Of a DNA stretch of 64,000 nt, positions 14,337 to 24,807 are shown in pieces. Origin of the DNA: an uncultured Enterobacteriaceae bacterium (GTDB lineage: Bacteria > Pseudomonadota > Gammaproteobacteria > Burkholderiales > SG8-39). Within the stretch, counting starts at the first letter, position 1; each line of letters starts with the position of its first letter. The notes below the pieces were generated by a model. It saw nothing but the letters and a program-made list of their open reading frames with translations, made no database searches and was not told the DNA's origin. A program made the translations under genes and the position numbers. The stretch is from NCBI GenBank assembly GCA_964430565.1, contig CAYSFD010000057.1:23218-87217 (forward strand), given 5' to 3'.

Positions 14337-15532
14337 CCAAGATTCAGAATGTCGCAATACTCGGCGCGACCGGCTCAATAGGTTCGAGCACGCTGGATGT
14401 AATTGCGCGCCACCCATCGCGCTTCCGCGTCGTGGCGCTGACAGCCAATCGGCAGGTCGACGAGCTGGCGGAGCTATGCCGGCGGCACCGGCCCGAGTAC
14501 GCTTGCGTGGCGGAGGCCGGATGCGCGTCCGTGCTGCGCGAACGCCTGGCCGGAGTCGGAGTGGACTGCAAGATTCTCGCCGGGGAAGCGGGGCTCGTGG
14601 AGGCCGTTTCGCTGCCCGAAGTGGACTGCGTCATGGCGGCGATCGTCGGTGCGGCCGGACTGCGGGCGACGCTCGCCGCAGCAAAGGCTGGCAAGAAGCT
14701 CCTGCTCGCGAACAAGGAAGCGCTCGTCGTTGCGGGCCGGGTGTTCATGGAGGCGGTGCGTTCGAGCGGCGCGATGCTGCTCCCAATCGACAGCGAGCAC
14801 AACGCCATCTTTCAGTGCCTGCCACCTTTCGCTTCGGGAGAGCTTGCAGCCAAAGGCATCCGCAGAATTCTGCTTACCGGCTCGGGCGGGCCGTTCAGGG
14901 CGCGCGCACGCGCGGACCTGCACCGCGTAACTCCCGAGGAGGCCTGCGCTCACCCGAACTGGGTCATGGGGCGCAAGATCTCTGTCGATTCTGCCACCAT
15001 GATGAACAAGGGTCTCGAGATCATTGAGGCGCACTGGCTGTTTGGCGCGAGCCCCGAGCAGATCCAGGTTGTCGTCCACCCGCAGAGCGTGGTGCACTCG
15101 ATGGTCGAGTACGTAGACGGTTCAGTGATTGCGCAACTTGGACACCCCGATATGCGCACGCCGATCGCTCAGGCGCTCGCCTACCCCGAGCGAATCGAGG
15201 CGGGCGTCCCCTCGCTCGATCCCTTCCGAATCGGGGCCCTCAGTTTCGAGCGGCCCGATTTCGAGCGTTTTCCGGCGCTGAGCCTCGCCTACACGGCGCT
15301 CAGGAGCGGTGGGGCCGCGCCCGCCGCGCTCAACGCAGCGAATGAAGTCGCGGTAGCGGCCTTTCTTGAAGGCCGCCTGCCTTTCCTGCATATCACGACG
15401 GTGATCGAGGAGACGCTGGCGAGCGCGTCGGCAAAGTCGCTCGCCACGCTGGAGGACGTGCTTGCGGCGGACGCGAACGCCCGCGGGCGAGCGAAGCAGG
15501 TCGTCGCGCGATTCAACTCCAACGCCGCATGA
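14333..15532 (+). CDS. dxr: 1-deoxy-D-xylulose-5-phosphate reductoisomerase
   Basis: In-frame part of ORF 14147..15532. ATG 14333 (ATGA overlap with the cdsA stop) gives [23 protein letters not shown], an NADPH-binding N-terminus. Confidence 0.94.
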   Translation: MTKIQNVAILGATGSIGSSTLDVIARHPSRFRVVALTANRQVDELAELCRRHRPEYACVAEAGCASVLRERLAGVGVDCKILAGEAGLVEAVSLPEVDCVMAAIVGAAGLRATLAAAKAGKKLLLANKEALVVAGRVFMEAVRSSGAMLLPIDSEHNAIFQCLPPFASGELAAKGIRRILLTGSGGPFRARARADLHRVTPEEACAHPNWVMGRKISVDSATMMNKGLEIIEAHWLFGASPEQIQVVVHPQSVVHSMVEYVDGSVIAQLGHPDMRTPIAQALAYPERIEAGVPSLDPFRIGALSFERPDFERFPALSLAYTALRSGGAAPAALNAANEVAVAAFLEGRLPFLHITTVIEETLASASAKSLATLEDVLAADANARGRAKQVVARFNSNAA

Positions 15533-16893
15533 ATTTCGCGATCACCGTAGCTGCTTTCGTGGTTGCGCTCGGCGTGCTGATCGTAGTCCATGAATACGGC
15601 CACTATTTGATTGCGCGTTTGTGCGGAGTCAAGGTGCTGCGATTCTCGATCGGTTTCGGCAGACCGCTATGGAAAATACGGCGCGGCCGGGACCAGACCG
15701 AGTGGGTGATCGCCGCTCTGCCGCTAGGCGGCTACGTGAAAATGCTCGATGAACACGAAGGACCGGTTGCGCCCGAGGACGTGCACCGGGCTTTCAATCG
15801 CCAGAACGTCTGGCGGCGCATCGCGATCGTCATCGCAGGGCCTGTGGCGAACTTCCTCCTGGCGATTGCGCTCTACTGGGCGCTTTTCCTGGGCGGCGTC
15901 CAGGAAGCGAAGCCGGTTCTGGCGGCGCCGGGTCCGGGAACCGTGGCGGAGGCGAGCGGGCTTGCACGCGGCGAGACCGTTCTGAAAATCAATGGCGAGC
16001 CGGTGGCCAGTTGGCAGCAGGCGCGCTGGCGGCTGCTGCAGCTCGCGGTGGAGAAGCAGCCGGCGCGACTCGAGGTCATCAACGAAAAAAGCCAGCTCAC
16101 TTGGCGCACCTTGGACCTGTCGCGTTTCGAACTCGATGGACTCGAAGGGGATCCGCTCGCGCGCTTGGGGCTGCGGCTGTACCGGCCCGACGTGGCGCCG
16201 ATCATCGGCAAGGTCGTGTCGGGAAGTGTGGCGGAGGCCGCAGGATTGCGCGCGGGAGATCGCGTCATTTCGATCGACGGCAGCGACGTTCGAGTCTGGG
16301 AGGACGTCGTTTCGGCAGTTCGGGCCCGACCGGGAGAACTCGTGCGCCTGCTTGTCCTGCGGGACGGTGCAAGGACCGAGATCGGGCTGCGGCCGGAGAC
16401 GGTGCAGCAAAGCGGCGAGCGCTTCGGGCGCATTGGAGCGGCGCCATATGTCGATCCTGAGGCGATCAAGGAGTTTGTAACTACCGTACGCTACGCCCCA
16501 TCGACCGCGCTCGCGATGGCGTTCGAGCGAACCTGGGAAATGTCGGCGTTCAGCCTGAGGATGCTCGGCAAGATGATGATCGGCGAGATTTCCTGGAAGA
16601 ACTTGAGCGGTCCGGTCACTATCGCCGATTACGCGGGACAAACCGCTCAGATCGGCCTGGGCGCTTATGCCGCATTCCTTGCGCTCATCAGCATCAGTCT
16701 GGGCGTACTCAACCTACTGCCGATTCCGTTATTGGACGGCGGACACTTGCTGTATTATGTCGTCGAGATTTTCAAGGGTAGCCCGGTTTCCGAGCGAACG
16801 ATGGAACTGGGACAGCGCCTGGGATTGACCGTGCTCCTGTTTCTGATGGCGTTCGCTCTCTACAACGATTTCAACCGCCTGTTGGCGGGTTAA
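15529..16893 (+). CDS. rseP: RIP zinc metalloprotease RseP
   Basis: 454 aa. HEYGHY (HExxH) lies in the first TM region, followed by PDZ domains and a C-terminal [11 protein letters not shown] motif. ATGA overlap with dxr. Confidence 0.93.
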   Translation: MNFAITVAAFVVALGVLIVVHEYGHYLIARLCGVKVLRFSIGFGRPLWKIRRGRDQTEWVIAALPLGGYVKMLDEHEGPVAPEDVHRAFNRQNVWRRIAIVIAGPVANFLLAIALYWALFLGGVQEAKPVLAAPGPGTVAEASGLARGETVLKINGEPVASWQQARWRLLQLAVEKQPARLEVINEKSQLTWRTLDLSRFELDGLEGDPLARLGLRLYRPDVAPIIGKVVSGSVAEAAGLRAGDRVISIDGSDVRVWEDVVSAVRARPGELVRLLVLRDGARTEIGLRPETVQQSGERFGRIGAAPYVDPEAIKEFVTTVRYAPSTALAMAFERTWEMSAFSLRMLGKMMIGEISWKNLSGPVTIADYAGQTAQIGLGAYAAFLALISISLGVLNLLPIPLLDGGHLLYYVVEIFKGSPVSERTMELGQRLGLTVLLFLMAFALYNDFNRLLAG

Positions 16894-16916
16894 GAATTCC
16901 CTCGGTAAAAAACGCG

Positions 16917-19178
16917 TTGCGAGCCGCGATCCTCATGCTCGTGCTCGCCGGGCCGACATGGGCGTTCGATCCCTTTGTCGTGCGGGATATTCGCGTGGAA
17001 GGCATCCAGCGCATCGAAGCGGGAACCGTCTTCAATTATCTTCCCGTCAAGGTCGGCGATACCTTGACCGACGCAAAAGCGGCGGGGGCGATCCGCAGTT
17101 TGTTCGCGACAGGTTTCTTCCGGGACGTGAGGCTGGAAGTCCAGGGAGGCGTGCTGATCGTGACTCTCGAAGAACGTCCGGCAATTGCCTCGATTGATTT
17201 CGCCGGGATGAAGGAATTTGAGAAGGACAAGGTCAAGCAGGGATTGCGTGACGTCGGGTTCCAGGAGGGCCGCATCTTCGATCGGGCGTTGCTCGATCAG
17301 GCAGAGCAGGAACTCAAGCGGCAATACCTGACGCGCGGTCTTTATAGCGTAGAGGTCACGACGACGGTGACGCCGCTCGATCGAAATCGAGTCGCGATCA
17401 ATTTCAGCTTCAACGAAGGCGAAGCCGCCAAGATCAAGAGGATCAACATCGTCGGAAACCAGGCGTTGCCGGAGGACGAATTGCTCGACGCGGTCCAATT
17501 GCGCAGCCCTGGCTTTTCTACCTGGTTCAGCAAGAACGATCAATATTCCAGGCAGAAACTGCAGGCCGATCTCGAATCGCTACGCTCGTATTACCTGAAT
17601 AGAGGTTATCTGGAATTCAACATCGACTCCACTCAAGTTTCGATTACGCCCGACCGCCGCGATATCTACATCACCGTGAACGTCACCGAGGGCGAGAAAT
17701 ATGAAGTGGCCGACGTGAAACTCGAGGGAGAGTTGCTGGTTTCCGAGAACGAGCTTCGTTCGCTGATCACGATCAAGTCGGGCGAGACGTTTTCCAGGGA
17801 AAGGCTGACCGACTCAACCAAAGCGATTACCGAAAGGCTGGGGCGCGAAGGCTATGCCTTTGCGAATGTCAACGCTAATCCCGATATCGACAAGGAAAAG
17901 CGCAAGGTCAGCTTCACGTTTCTGATCGATCCGGGACGACGCGTCTATGTCAGGCGAATCAATATCGTCGGCAACACGCGCACCCGTGACGAGGTCATCC
18001 GTCGCGAGATGCGCCAGCTCGAAGGCAGTTTTTTCGACAGCCAGAAGCTGCAGCTCTCAAAGCAACGGATCGACAAGACGGGCTTCTTCAGCGAGGTGGA
18101 AGTCGAGACCCCGGCGGTACCCGGAACGACAGATCAGGTCGACGTGACGATCCGGGTCAAGGAGAAGCCTACCGGGGCAATTATGCTCGGCCTGGGCTTC
18201 TCCAGCGTCGATAAACTTGTCATCCAGGCCTCGATCCAACAGAGCAATTTTTTCGGCACCGGCAACACGATGGGCCTGCAGGTTGCGACCGGAACGGTCA
18301 ACAAGGTTGCCTCGTTTTCCTTCACCAATCCCTACTATACGGTGGACGGAGTCAGCCGCGGTTTTGATGTGTACCGGCGCGACGTAAATGGAAACAGCCT
18401 GGGAATCAACTACGGGACCAGTACTATCGGCGGAGCGGTGCGCTTCGGCGTCCCCTATACCGAGAGCGAGACCTTGTTCTTCGGTCTGGGCGTCGAGAAG
18501 GTCAACCTCCTCCTCAACCCCTTCAGCCCGAAACGCTATCTGGAGTTTCAAAGCGAATTCGGCGATACGTACACTGCGCTGATCGGCACCGTCGGCTGGG
18601 TACGCGATACGCGCGACAGCGCAATCTGGCCGACGAAAGGCCACGTCGAGCGCGCCACTCTGGAGGTCGCGACACCGCCCGCCGAGCTTGAATATTGGAA
18701 GTATTCCTACTCGCATCAGTACTTCCGCCCCTACACGCGCACACTCACGCTTGTACTGAGCGGGGTGCTCGACTCGGCCAACGGGTATCACGGAAAACCG
18801 TTGCCGTTTTTCAAGAACTACTATTCCGGCGGTATCGGCAGCGTGCGCGGATACCAAACCGCATCGTTGGGGCCGCGGGACGCCGACGGGTCCCAACTGG
18901 GCGGCAACCGCAAGGTGAACGGATCGACGGAGATGCTGTTTCCGGTGCCCGGGGCCGCGCTGGACCGATCGATGCGGCTCGGCGCTTTCGTCGACGCCGG
19001 GCAAGTGTACGGCTCGGACGAAAAGCTGTATCTCTCACACCTGCGCGCGTCGGCGGGATTGAGCTTTGCCTGGAATTCGCCCGTCGGACCCATGAAATTC
19101 AGTTACGCGAGGGCCTTGAACGAAAAACCGGGAGACCGCCTCCAGCCGTTCCAGTTTACGCTGGGTCAGGTCTTTTGA
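16917..19178 (+). CDS. bamA: Outer membrane protein assembly factor BamA
   Basis: 753 aa. Signal peptide, POTRA repeats (FVVRDIRVEGIQRIE..., IKRINIVGNQ..., VRRINIVGNTRTRDEVIRRE), and a C-terminal beta-barrel ending in F. TTG start at 16917 is uncertain. Confidence 0.92.
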   Translation: MRAAILMLVLAGPTWAFDPFVVRDIRVEGIQRIEAGTVFNYLPVKVGDTLTDAKAAGAIRSLFATGFFRDVRLEVQGGVLIVTLEERPAIASIDFAGMKEFEKDKVKQGLRDVGFQEGRIFDRALLDQAEQELKRQYLTRGLYSVEVTTTVTPLDRNRVAINFSFNEGEAAKIKRINIVGNQALPEDELLDAVQLRSPGFSTWFSKNDQYSRQKLQADLESLRSYYLNRGYLEFNIDSTQVSITPDRRDIYITVNVTEGEKYEVADVKLEGELLVSENELRSLITIKSGETFSRERLTDSTKAITERLGREGYAFANVNANPDIDKEKRKVSFTFLIDPGRRVYVRRINIVGNTRTRDEVIRREMRQLEGSFFDSQKLQLSKQRIDKTGFFSEVEVETPAVPGTTDQVDVTIRVKEKPTGAIMLGLGFSSVDKLVIQASIQQSNFFGTGNTMGLQVATGTVNKVASFSFTNPYYTVDGVSRGFDVYRRDVNGNSLGINYGTSTIGGAVRFGVPYTESETLFFGLGVEKVNLLLNPFSPKRYLEFQSEFGDTYTALIGTVGWVRDTRDSAIWPTKGHVERATLEVATPPAELEYWKYSYSHQYFRPYTRTLTLVLSGVLDSANGYHGKPLPFFKNYYSGGIGSVRGYQTASLGPRDADGSQLGGNRKVNGSTEMLFPVPGAALDRSMRLGAFVDAGQVYGSDEKLYLSHLRASAGLSFAWNSPVGPMKFSYARALNEKPGDRLQPFQFTLGQVF

Positions 19179-19212
19179 CGACTCGGTATAATCCGGCATT
19201 TGAAGGAAGGCT

Positions 19213-19746
19213 ATGGGCACGAGAACACAGAAATGGAAATCGCCTGGTCGGTGGGTATTCGCGGCGCTGGTCGGAGCCGCCAGTCCGGTTCTGGCCCAAT
19301 CGCATATCGGATTTGTCAGCTTGGAGCGAGTTCTGCGCGAGGCACCGGCTGCACAACGGGCTCAGAAGAAGATCGAGCTGGAGTTCTCCAAACGCGACCA
19401 GGAATTGGCGAGAATGGCCGAACAGCTCAAGAAATCACAGGAAAACCTCGAACGAAACGTGGTAACGATGTCTGAGTCCGAGCGCCAAAGAATCGAAAGG
19501 GAATTCGGCGACCTCAATCGGGAATTCCAGCGCAAGCAACGGCAGTTCCGGGAAGACCTGACTCAACGGCGTAATGAGGAACTCGGCGCGGTGATCGAGC
19601 GCGCGAACCGGGCCGTGAAACAGATCGCCGAGACCGAAAAGCTCGACGTCGTGCTTCAAAACGAACAGGTCGTCTGGGCGAGCCCCCGCATCGATATCAC
19701 TGACAAGGTCATCAAGGCGCTTGAGGATACGCGCGCGGGAAAGTAA
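19213..19746 (+). CDS. skp: OmpH/Skp family periplasmic chaperone
   Basis: 177 aa. Signal peptide (VFAALVGAASPVLAQ), charged coiled-coil body, and canonical position between bamA and lpxD. Confidence 0.88.
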   Translation: MGTRTQKWKSPGRWVFAALVGAASPVLAQSHIGFVSLERVLREAPAAQRAQKKIELEFSKRDQELARMAEQLKKSQENLERNVVTMSESERQRIEREFGDLNREFQRKQRQFREDLTQRRNEELGAVIERANRAVKQIAETEKLDVVLQNEQVVWASPRIDITDKVIKALEDTRAGK

Positions 19747-19853
19747 TCCGCGCCTATCTGCATGACGAAAGGAAACAAGATCATCGTTCTTGGTGCCCTG
19801 CACGATTTCGCAACAATGGCGCGCTCGGCTCCGGAGCGAGCGGAAATCCTCCC

Positions 19854-20906
19854 GTGACGCAATCCAATTCGCGTACCTACCGCATCGGCGAAATCGTGAC
19901 GCGGCTCGGCGGGGAGCTGGTCGGCGACCCCGACGCCGAGATTCGACGCATCGCCACGCTGGAAAGCGCCGGCCCGGGCGACCTATCCTTCCTGACGCAT
20001 TCCCGATATCGGCCGAATTTGCAGCACACCCGCGCCTCGGCCGTGATTCTCGCGCGCGAGGAGCGGGACGCGACGACCTTGCCCAGGATCTTGTGCGACG
20101 ATCCTTACGTCTACTACGCCCGAGCCGCGCGACTGCTCTCCAGCGAAGATCGCCCTGTTCCGGGGGTGCATCCTAAGGCCGTCGTCGAGGCCGACGCTCA
20201 AATCGCGGCCTCCGCGACGGTGGGACCCGGCTGCTATATCGGATCGCGTGCGAAGCTGGACGAGCGCGTCGTCATCGGGGCCGCTTGCACGATCGGCGCA
20301 CACGTGCGGGTCGGAGAGGACAGCCGCCTGTATCCCTCTGTCACCGTCTATCCAGGCTGCGTGATCGGAAAGCGCGCGCTAATTCACTCCGGCGTAGTGA
20401 TCGGGGCCGACGGCTTTGGCATGGCGCCCGAGGCGGGGCGCTGGATCAAGATCCCTCAAACGGGGAGAGCGATCATCGGCGATGATGTGGAGATTGGAGC
20501 CAACACCACCATCGATCGAGGCGCGCTCGATGACACGATCATCGAGGACGGCGTCAAGCTCGATAACCAGATTCAGATCGGCCACAACGTTCGGGTCGGA
20601 GCGCATACGATAATGGCCGGCTGCGTGGCTGTGGCCGGCAGCACGCGCATCGGCCGGCACTGCGCTATCGGCGGCGCGGCGCGTATTATCGGTCACGTGG
20701 ATATCGCCGATCATGTCACCATCGCCGCTGCAACGGTGGTGCTGAGGCCCATCCCCAAGGCAGGCGTTTATGCAGGTGTCCTGCCTTCGGCGCCGGGCCG
20801 AGAATGGGCCAAGACGGTAGCGCACCTGCGCGGCCTCGATGGGCTCGTGAAGCGCGTTCGCGAGCTGGAAAAAACGCTCTCCAAATCCGGAAAGAAAAAG
20901 AGGTAA
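19854..20906 (+). CDS. lpxD: UDP-3-O-(3-hydroxyacyl)glucosamine N-acyltransferase
   Basis: 350 aa. Left-handed beta-helix hexapeptide repeats. Sits in the lpxD-fabZ-lpxA-lpxB order. Confidence 0.93.
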   Translation: MTQSNSRTYRIGEIVTRLGGELVGDPDAEIRRIATLESAGPGDLSFLTHSRYRPNLQHTRASAVILAREERDATTLPRILCDDPYVYYARAARLLSSEDRPVPGVHPKAVVEADAQIAASATVGPGCYIGSRAKLDERVVIGAACTIGAHVRVGEDSRLYPSVTVYPGCVIGKRALIHSGVVIGADGFGMAPEAGRWIKIPQTGRAIIGDDVEIGANTTIDRGALDDTIIEDGVKLDNQIQIGHNVRVGAHTIMAGCVAVAGSTRIGRHCAIGGAARIIGHVDIADHVTIAAATVVLRPIPKAGVYAGVLPSAPGREWAKTVAHLRGLDGLVKRVRELEKTLSKSGKKKR

Positions 20907-20910
20907 GCGA

Positions 20911-21345
20911 ATGGAAATCCAGGAGATCCTCGAACACCTCCCGCACCGCTATCCCATGCTTCTCGTGGACCGGGTGCTCGAGATCGAGCCGGGAAAGCGA
21001 ATCCTCGCGCTCAAGAACGTCAGCATCAACGAGCATTTTTTTGCCGGCCATTTCCCGCATTATCCGGTCATGCCGGGGGTCCTCATCATCGAGGCGCTCG
21101 CCCAGGCGGCGGCGATATTGGCCTTCAAAACACGAGGGCAGAAACCCGACGACAAGTCCGTCTACTACTTCGTCGGAATAGATGAAGCCCGCTTCAAGCG
21201 ACCGGTCGTTCCCGGAGACCAGCTCCTGCTGGAGGTTCTCAAGGAGCGGGAAGCACGAGGTCTTGGTAAATTCTCCGCTCGGGCGCTTGTCGGCGGGACG
21301 CTCGCCGCCGAAGCGAAGCTGCTCTGCACTCTGCGGACGATATGA
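20911..21345 (+). CDS. fabZ: 3-hydroxyacyl-ACP dehydratase FabZ
   Basis: 144 aa. Motif [19 protein letters not shown]. Confidence 0.94.
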   Translation: MEIQEILEHLPHRYPMLLVDRVLEIEPGKRILALKNVSINEHFFAGHFPHYPVMPGVLIIEALAQAAAILAFKTRGQKPDDKSVYYFVGIDEARFKRPVVPGDQLLLEVLKEREARGLGKFSARALVGGTLAAEAKLLCTLRTI

Positions 21346-22112
21346 TTCACCCTACCGCGATCGTGTATCCCGGGGCGAAGCTTGCCCCGAACGTGTCCGT
21401 GGGCCCGTACTCGATCATCGGCGAGCACGTCGAGATCGGGGAGGGGACCTCGATCGGGTCTCACGTTGTGATCGAAGGCCGGACCCGTATCGGCTCGCAA
21501 AACCGCATCTCCGCGTTCAGCGCGCTCGGCGGCCCGCCCCAAGACAGGAAATACGAGGGGGAGGAAACCGCACTTGAAATCGGCGACCGCAATACCATCC
21601 GGGAGCACTGCACCTTCAGTTGCGGCACCGCACAGGACGCGGGCGTCACGCGTATCGGAAGCGACAACTGGATCATGGCTTACGTGCATATCGCACATGA
21701 TTGCCAGGTCGGCAACCATGCGATCTTCGCCAACGTCGCGACGCTTGCCGGGCACGTCCATGTCGGGGACTACGCCATCCTGGGTGGCTTGACGGGAGCG
21801 CATCAGTTCGTCTCGATCGGCGCGCATTCGATCACCGGCGGCGGCACGGTGCTGCTTCAAGATCTGCCTCCGTATGTCATGGCGGCAGGCAACTCGGCGA
21901 GGCCATTCGGAATCAACAGCGAGGGGCTGAAACGGTGCGGCTTCAGCACCGAAAAAATCGCGACACTCAAGAAAGCCTACAAGACCCTCTACCGGTCGGG
22001 GCTCGCACTGAAGGACGCGCGCAAGAGAATCGCCACGCAGGTCAAGTCTTGTCCGGAGCTGCAGGTGTTGGTCGAATTCCTGGACAGCTCGCGGCGGGGC
22101 ATCATCCGCTAG
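21342..22112 (+). CDS. lpxA: Acyl-ACP--UDP-N-acetylglucosamine O-acyltransferase
   Basis: 256 aa. Hexapeptide repeats. ATGA overlap with fabZ. Confidence 0.94.
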   Translation: MIHPTAIVYPGAKLAPNVSVGPYSIIGEHVEIGEGTSIGSHVVIEGRTRIGSQNRISAFSALGGPPQDRKYEGEETALEIGDRNTIREHCTFSCGTAQDAGVTRIGSDNWIMAYVHIAHDCQVGNHAIFANVATLAGHVHVGDYAILGGLTGAHQFVSIGAHSITGGGTVLLQDLPPYVMAAGNSARPFGINSEGLKRCGFSTEKIATLKKAYKTLYRSGLALKDARKRIATQVKSCPELQVLVEFLDSSRRGIIR

Positions 22113-22114
22113 CC

Positions 22115-23263
22115 GTGGGCAGCATCGTCGTGGGCATGGTGGCCGGGGAGGCCTCCGGGGATTTTCTCGGAGCTCATCTAATCGCCGCGCTGCGCAAACG
22201 CGTTCCCAATTTGCATTTTGTCGGCATTGGCGGCCCGAAAATGGAGGCGGAGGGTCTCGATGCCTGGTTCCCGATGGAAAAGCTCGCGGTACGCGGCTAT
22301 GTCGAGGTGCTCCGGCATTTTCCAGAAATCTTCGCGATTCGCCTGAAGCTCGCACGGCGGCTTGCCGAAGTCCGGCCGAGACTTTTCATCGGCATCGATG
22401 CCCCTGATTTCAATCTCTCGCTCGAGCGCAAGCTCAAACGCGAAGGCATTCCGACCGTCCACTACGTGAGTCCGTCGCTCTGGGCCTGGCGCGGCGGGCG
22501 CATGTCCGCGATCGCCGCGTCGGTCAACAAGATGCTGGTGCTGTTCCCGTTCGAAGAGCCGCTGTACCGCAAGGCGGGGGTGCCGGTCGCCTACGTCGGC
22601 CATCCCCTTGCGGATGCGACTTCGGAACTCGACGGTACCGAAGCGGCAAGAGAGCAGTTGCGGCTGCCCGCCGCACGCAAGGTCATCGCCCTGTTGCCCG
22701 GGAGCCGGCAGTCGGAAGTCCGATACATGGCATCGACTTTCGTGCACACCGCCAAGCTGATCGCGGTGCGGCAGCCTGGGGTGCACTTCCTCGTGCCTTT
22801 GGTGACCCGCGAGACTCGCGCCATTTTCGAGGAAGCGATGTACGCCGCCGATGCGGGGGAATTGCCGCTCAGCATTCTGTTCGGCCACGCGCGGGAGGCG
22901 ATCGCGGCTTGCCACGTCGCGCTCGTGGCAAGCGGGACCGCAACGCTTGAGACTGCGCTCGCCCGCAAACCGATGGTGATCACCTACAAAGTGCCCGAAC
23001 TTACTTATCGGCTGATGTCGAGGATGGCGTACCTGCCCTGGATCGGTCTGCCCAACATCATCGCCGGCGAGTTCATCGTACCGGAGATTTTGCAGCACGA
23101 TGCGACGCCCGAAAACCTCGCCCAAGCGGTGCTGAATTCGCTCAATGACCCTACGGTGAACCGTCGCCTTCCGGAACGCCTCGAGCAGATACGGCAGCTT
23201 CTCCGCCGGGACACGGCGTCCCGCGTTACGGAGGCGTTGCTGCCATGGCTGCAAGCCGCCTGA
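22115..23263 (+). CDS. lpxB: Lipid-A-disaccharide synthase
   Basis: In-frame part of ORF 21701..23263. GTG 22115 (alternative ATG 22136) gives ...[18 protein letters not shown], the LpxB N-terminal signature. Confidence 0.9.
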   Translation: MGSIVVGMVAGEASGDFLGAHLIAALRKRVPNLHFVGIGGPKMEAEGLDAWFPMEKLAVRGYVEVLRHFPEIFAIRLKLARRLAEVRPRLFIGIDAPDFNLSLERKLKREGIPTVHYVSPSLWAWRGGRMSAIAASVNKMLVLFPFEEPLYRKAGVPVAYVGHPLADATSELDGTEAAREQLRLPAARKVIALLPGSRQSEVRYMASTFVHTAKLIAVRQPGVHFLVPLVTRETRAIFEEAMYAADAGELPLSILFGHAREAIAACHVALVASGTATLETALARKPMVITYKVPELTYRLMSRMAYLPWIGLPNIIAGEFIVPEILQHDATPENLAQAVLNSLNDPTVNRRLPERLEQIRQLLRRDTASRVTEALLPWLQAA

Positions 23264-23829
23264 TCTGCGGCGTGGACGAAGCGGGCCGCGGTCCGCTCGC
23301 CGGTCCAGTCTTCGCTGCGGCTGTGATATTCGTCCCGGGAAAGAGGATGCCTGCGGGCATCGCCGATTCGAAAGTCATGAGCGCGAACAAGCGCGAGCGG
23401 GTCGCTGCCGTAATCAAGCAAAGAGCGCTCGCCTGGTCGGTCGCCTGGGCAAGCGTCGAAGAGATCGACCGCATGAATATCCTTCAGGCGAGCCTGCTCG
23501 CCATGCAGCGCGCGGTGCAATCGTTGTCGATTGCGCCTGATGAGGTCTTGCTCGACGGTCTGCACTGCCCCGCGCTTTCGATTCCGGCGCGCGCGATCGT
23601 GGACGGCGACGCTAAAGTCAAGGTCATTGCCGCCGCATCCATTCTTGCCAAGACGGAACGCGACGCTGAAATGTGCCGGCTCCATCAGCGATTTCCCCAG
23701 TATCGCTTTGACGAGCACAAGGGATACCCGACTCCCGAGCACCTTGAGGCGCTACGCCGGCACGGCGTGTGCGAAGTCTATCGCCGCAGTTTCGGCCCGG
23801 TACGGGAGCTTCTCGAGCGCCGTGGTTGA
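23245..23829 (+). CDS. rnhB: Ribonuclease HII
   Basis: 194 aa. Catalytic N-terminus [15 protein letters not shown]. Confidence 0.93.
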   Translation: MAASRLICGVDEAGRGPLAGPVFAAAVIFVPGKRMPAGIADSKVMSANKRERVAAVIKQRALAWSVAWASVEEIDRMNILQASLLAMQRAVQSLSIAPDEVLLDGLHCPALSIPARAIVDGDAKVKVIAAASILAKTERDAEMCRLHQRFPQYRFDEHKGYPTPEHLEALRRHGVCEVYRRSFGPVRELLERRG

Positions 23830-24788
23830 GGGGATGGGCGCGGCTTGAGTTCAGCGAGCAGCTTTCTCAGACCTTCCTGTTCTGCGCCGGGTCGAAACAG
23901 AGGGCTTCGGGCTGTAAGGAGGCGCCTGAGGCGGGCGTGATATGCCGGATCGCGTAGCGCGCGTCGAATCTGGTGCGCGAGACCGCGCTCATCGGCGAGC
24001 CGGTAGTAGCCGGGGTAGCCGCGGCCGAGCATGCCGATGTTCCCGGAGACCCTGGAGGCGATCACCGGCGTCCCGGCGGCTGCGGCCTCGCAGATGACGT
24101 TGGCGCCACCTTCCATGCGCGAACTCACCACGAGCGCGTGGCTGCGCGCGAGCCGGCGCAGCGCCTCCGCATGCGGCACGTTGCCCAACCAGCGATAGCG
24201 CGGGTCGGCGCGCATCAGCTGCCGGGCCGTGCGCGCCATGTCCGGAGACAGCGCCTCGCCGAGATGAACGACTTCGAGCTCGGGAAGGTCGCGAAGATGG
24301 GCGAGGGCAAGCGCGGCACGGAAGGGGTCCTTCTCTTCCCGAAGGTGTCCCATTACCGCGACTCGAAAGTGGCTCGAAGGCGGTTCGACGGAGGCACGGA
24401 CCTGCGCCGACTGGTGGATCACTCGGGTCTTGCGCCGCAATCGCGCGGAAAGCTCGAGCTTGCCCATGTCCTGCAAGACGACGAGCCGGTCGGCGAGCTC
24501 AAGCGAAGCCCGCGCATCCCGGTCTGTACGGATATCCCGGTAGAGATCCGTGCCCGTGAGCACCACAACCAGAGGTAAAGCGGGAAACCGTTGGCGAAAT
24601 TGAACGATAGCGTTGTGGCTGCGTCGCGCGTGCAACGCGATCATGGCGTCGGCCGCCCGCCCGTTCCAGCGAACCGAAACCTGCACGTTGTGTCCGAGCG
24701 CGCGCAGCATCCCGGCCCAGCGCACCGCAGTATGCCGGTTGCCGCTTCGCGAGCGTGCACCGGCCGGGGTGATCAACGCAATTTTCAT
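23778..24788 (-). CDS. senB: GT-B glycosyltransferase resembling selenoneine-pathway selenosugar synthase SenB
   Basis: ORF 23778..24941. The internal ATG at 24788 gives [36 protein letters not shown]-terminal GT1-like [20 protein letters not shown]. Divergently paired with an EgtB-like gene. The family call is from memory of the SenB/EgtB-like gene pairing, not from a search. Confidence 0.6.
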   Translation of the reverse strand: MKIALITPAGARSRSGNRHTAVRWAGMLRALGHNVQVSVRWNGRAADAMIALHARRSHNAIVQFRQRFPALPLVVVLTGTDLYRDIRTDRDARASLELADRLVVLQDMGKLELSARLRRKTRVIHQSAQVRASVEPPSSHFRVAVMGHLREEKDPFRAALALAHLRDLPELEVVHLGEALSPDMARTARQLMRADPRYRWLGNVPHAEALRRLARSHALVVSSRMEGGANVICEAAAAGTPVIASRVSGNIGMLGRGYPGYYRLADERGLAHQIRRALRDPAYHARLRRLLTARSPLFRPGAEQEGLRKLLAELKPRPSPQPRRSRSSRTGPKLRR

Positions 24789-24807
24789 GTTATGTTTGGG
24801 CTGCTCT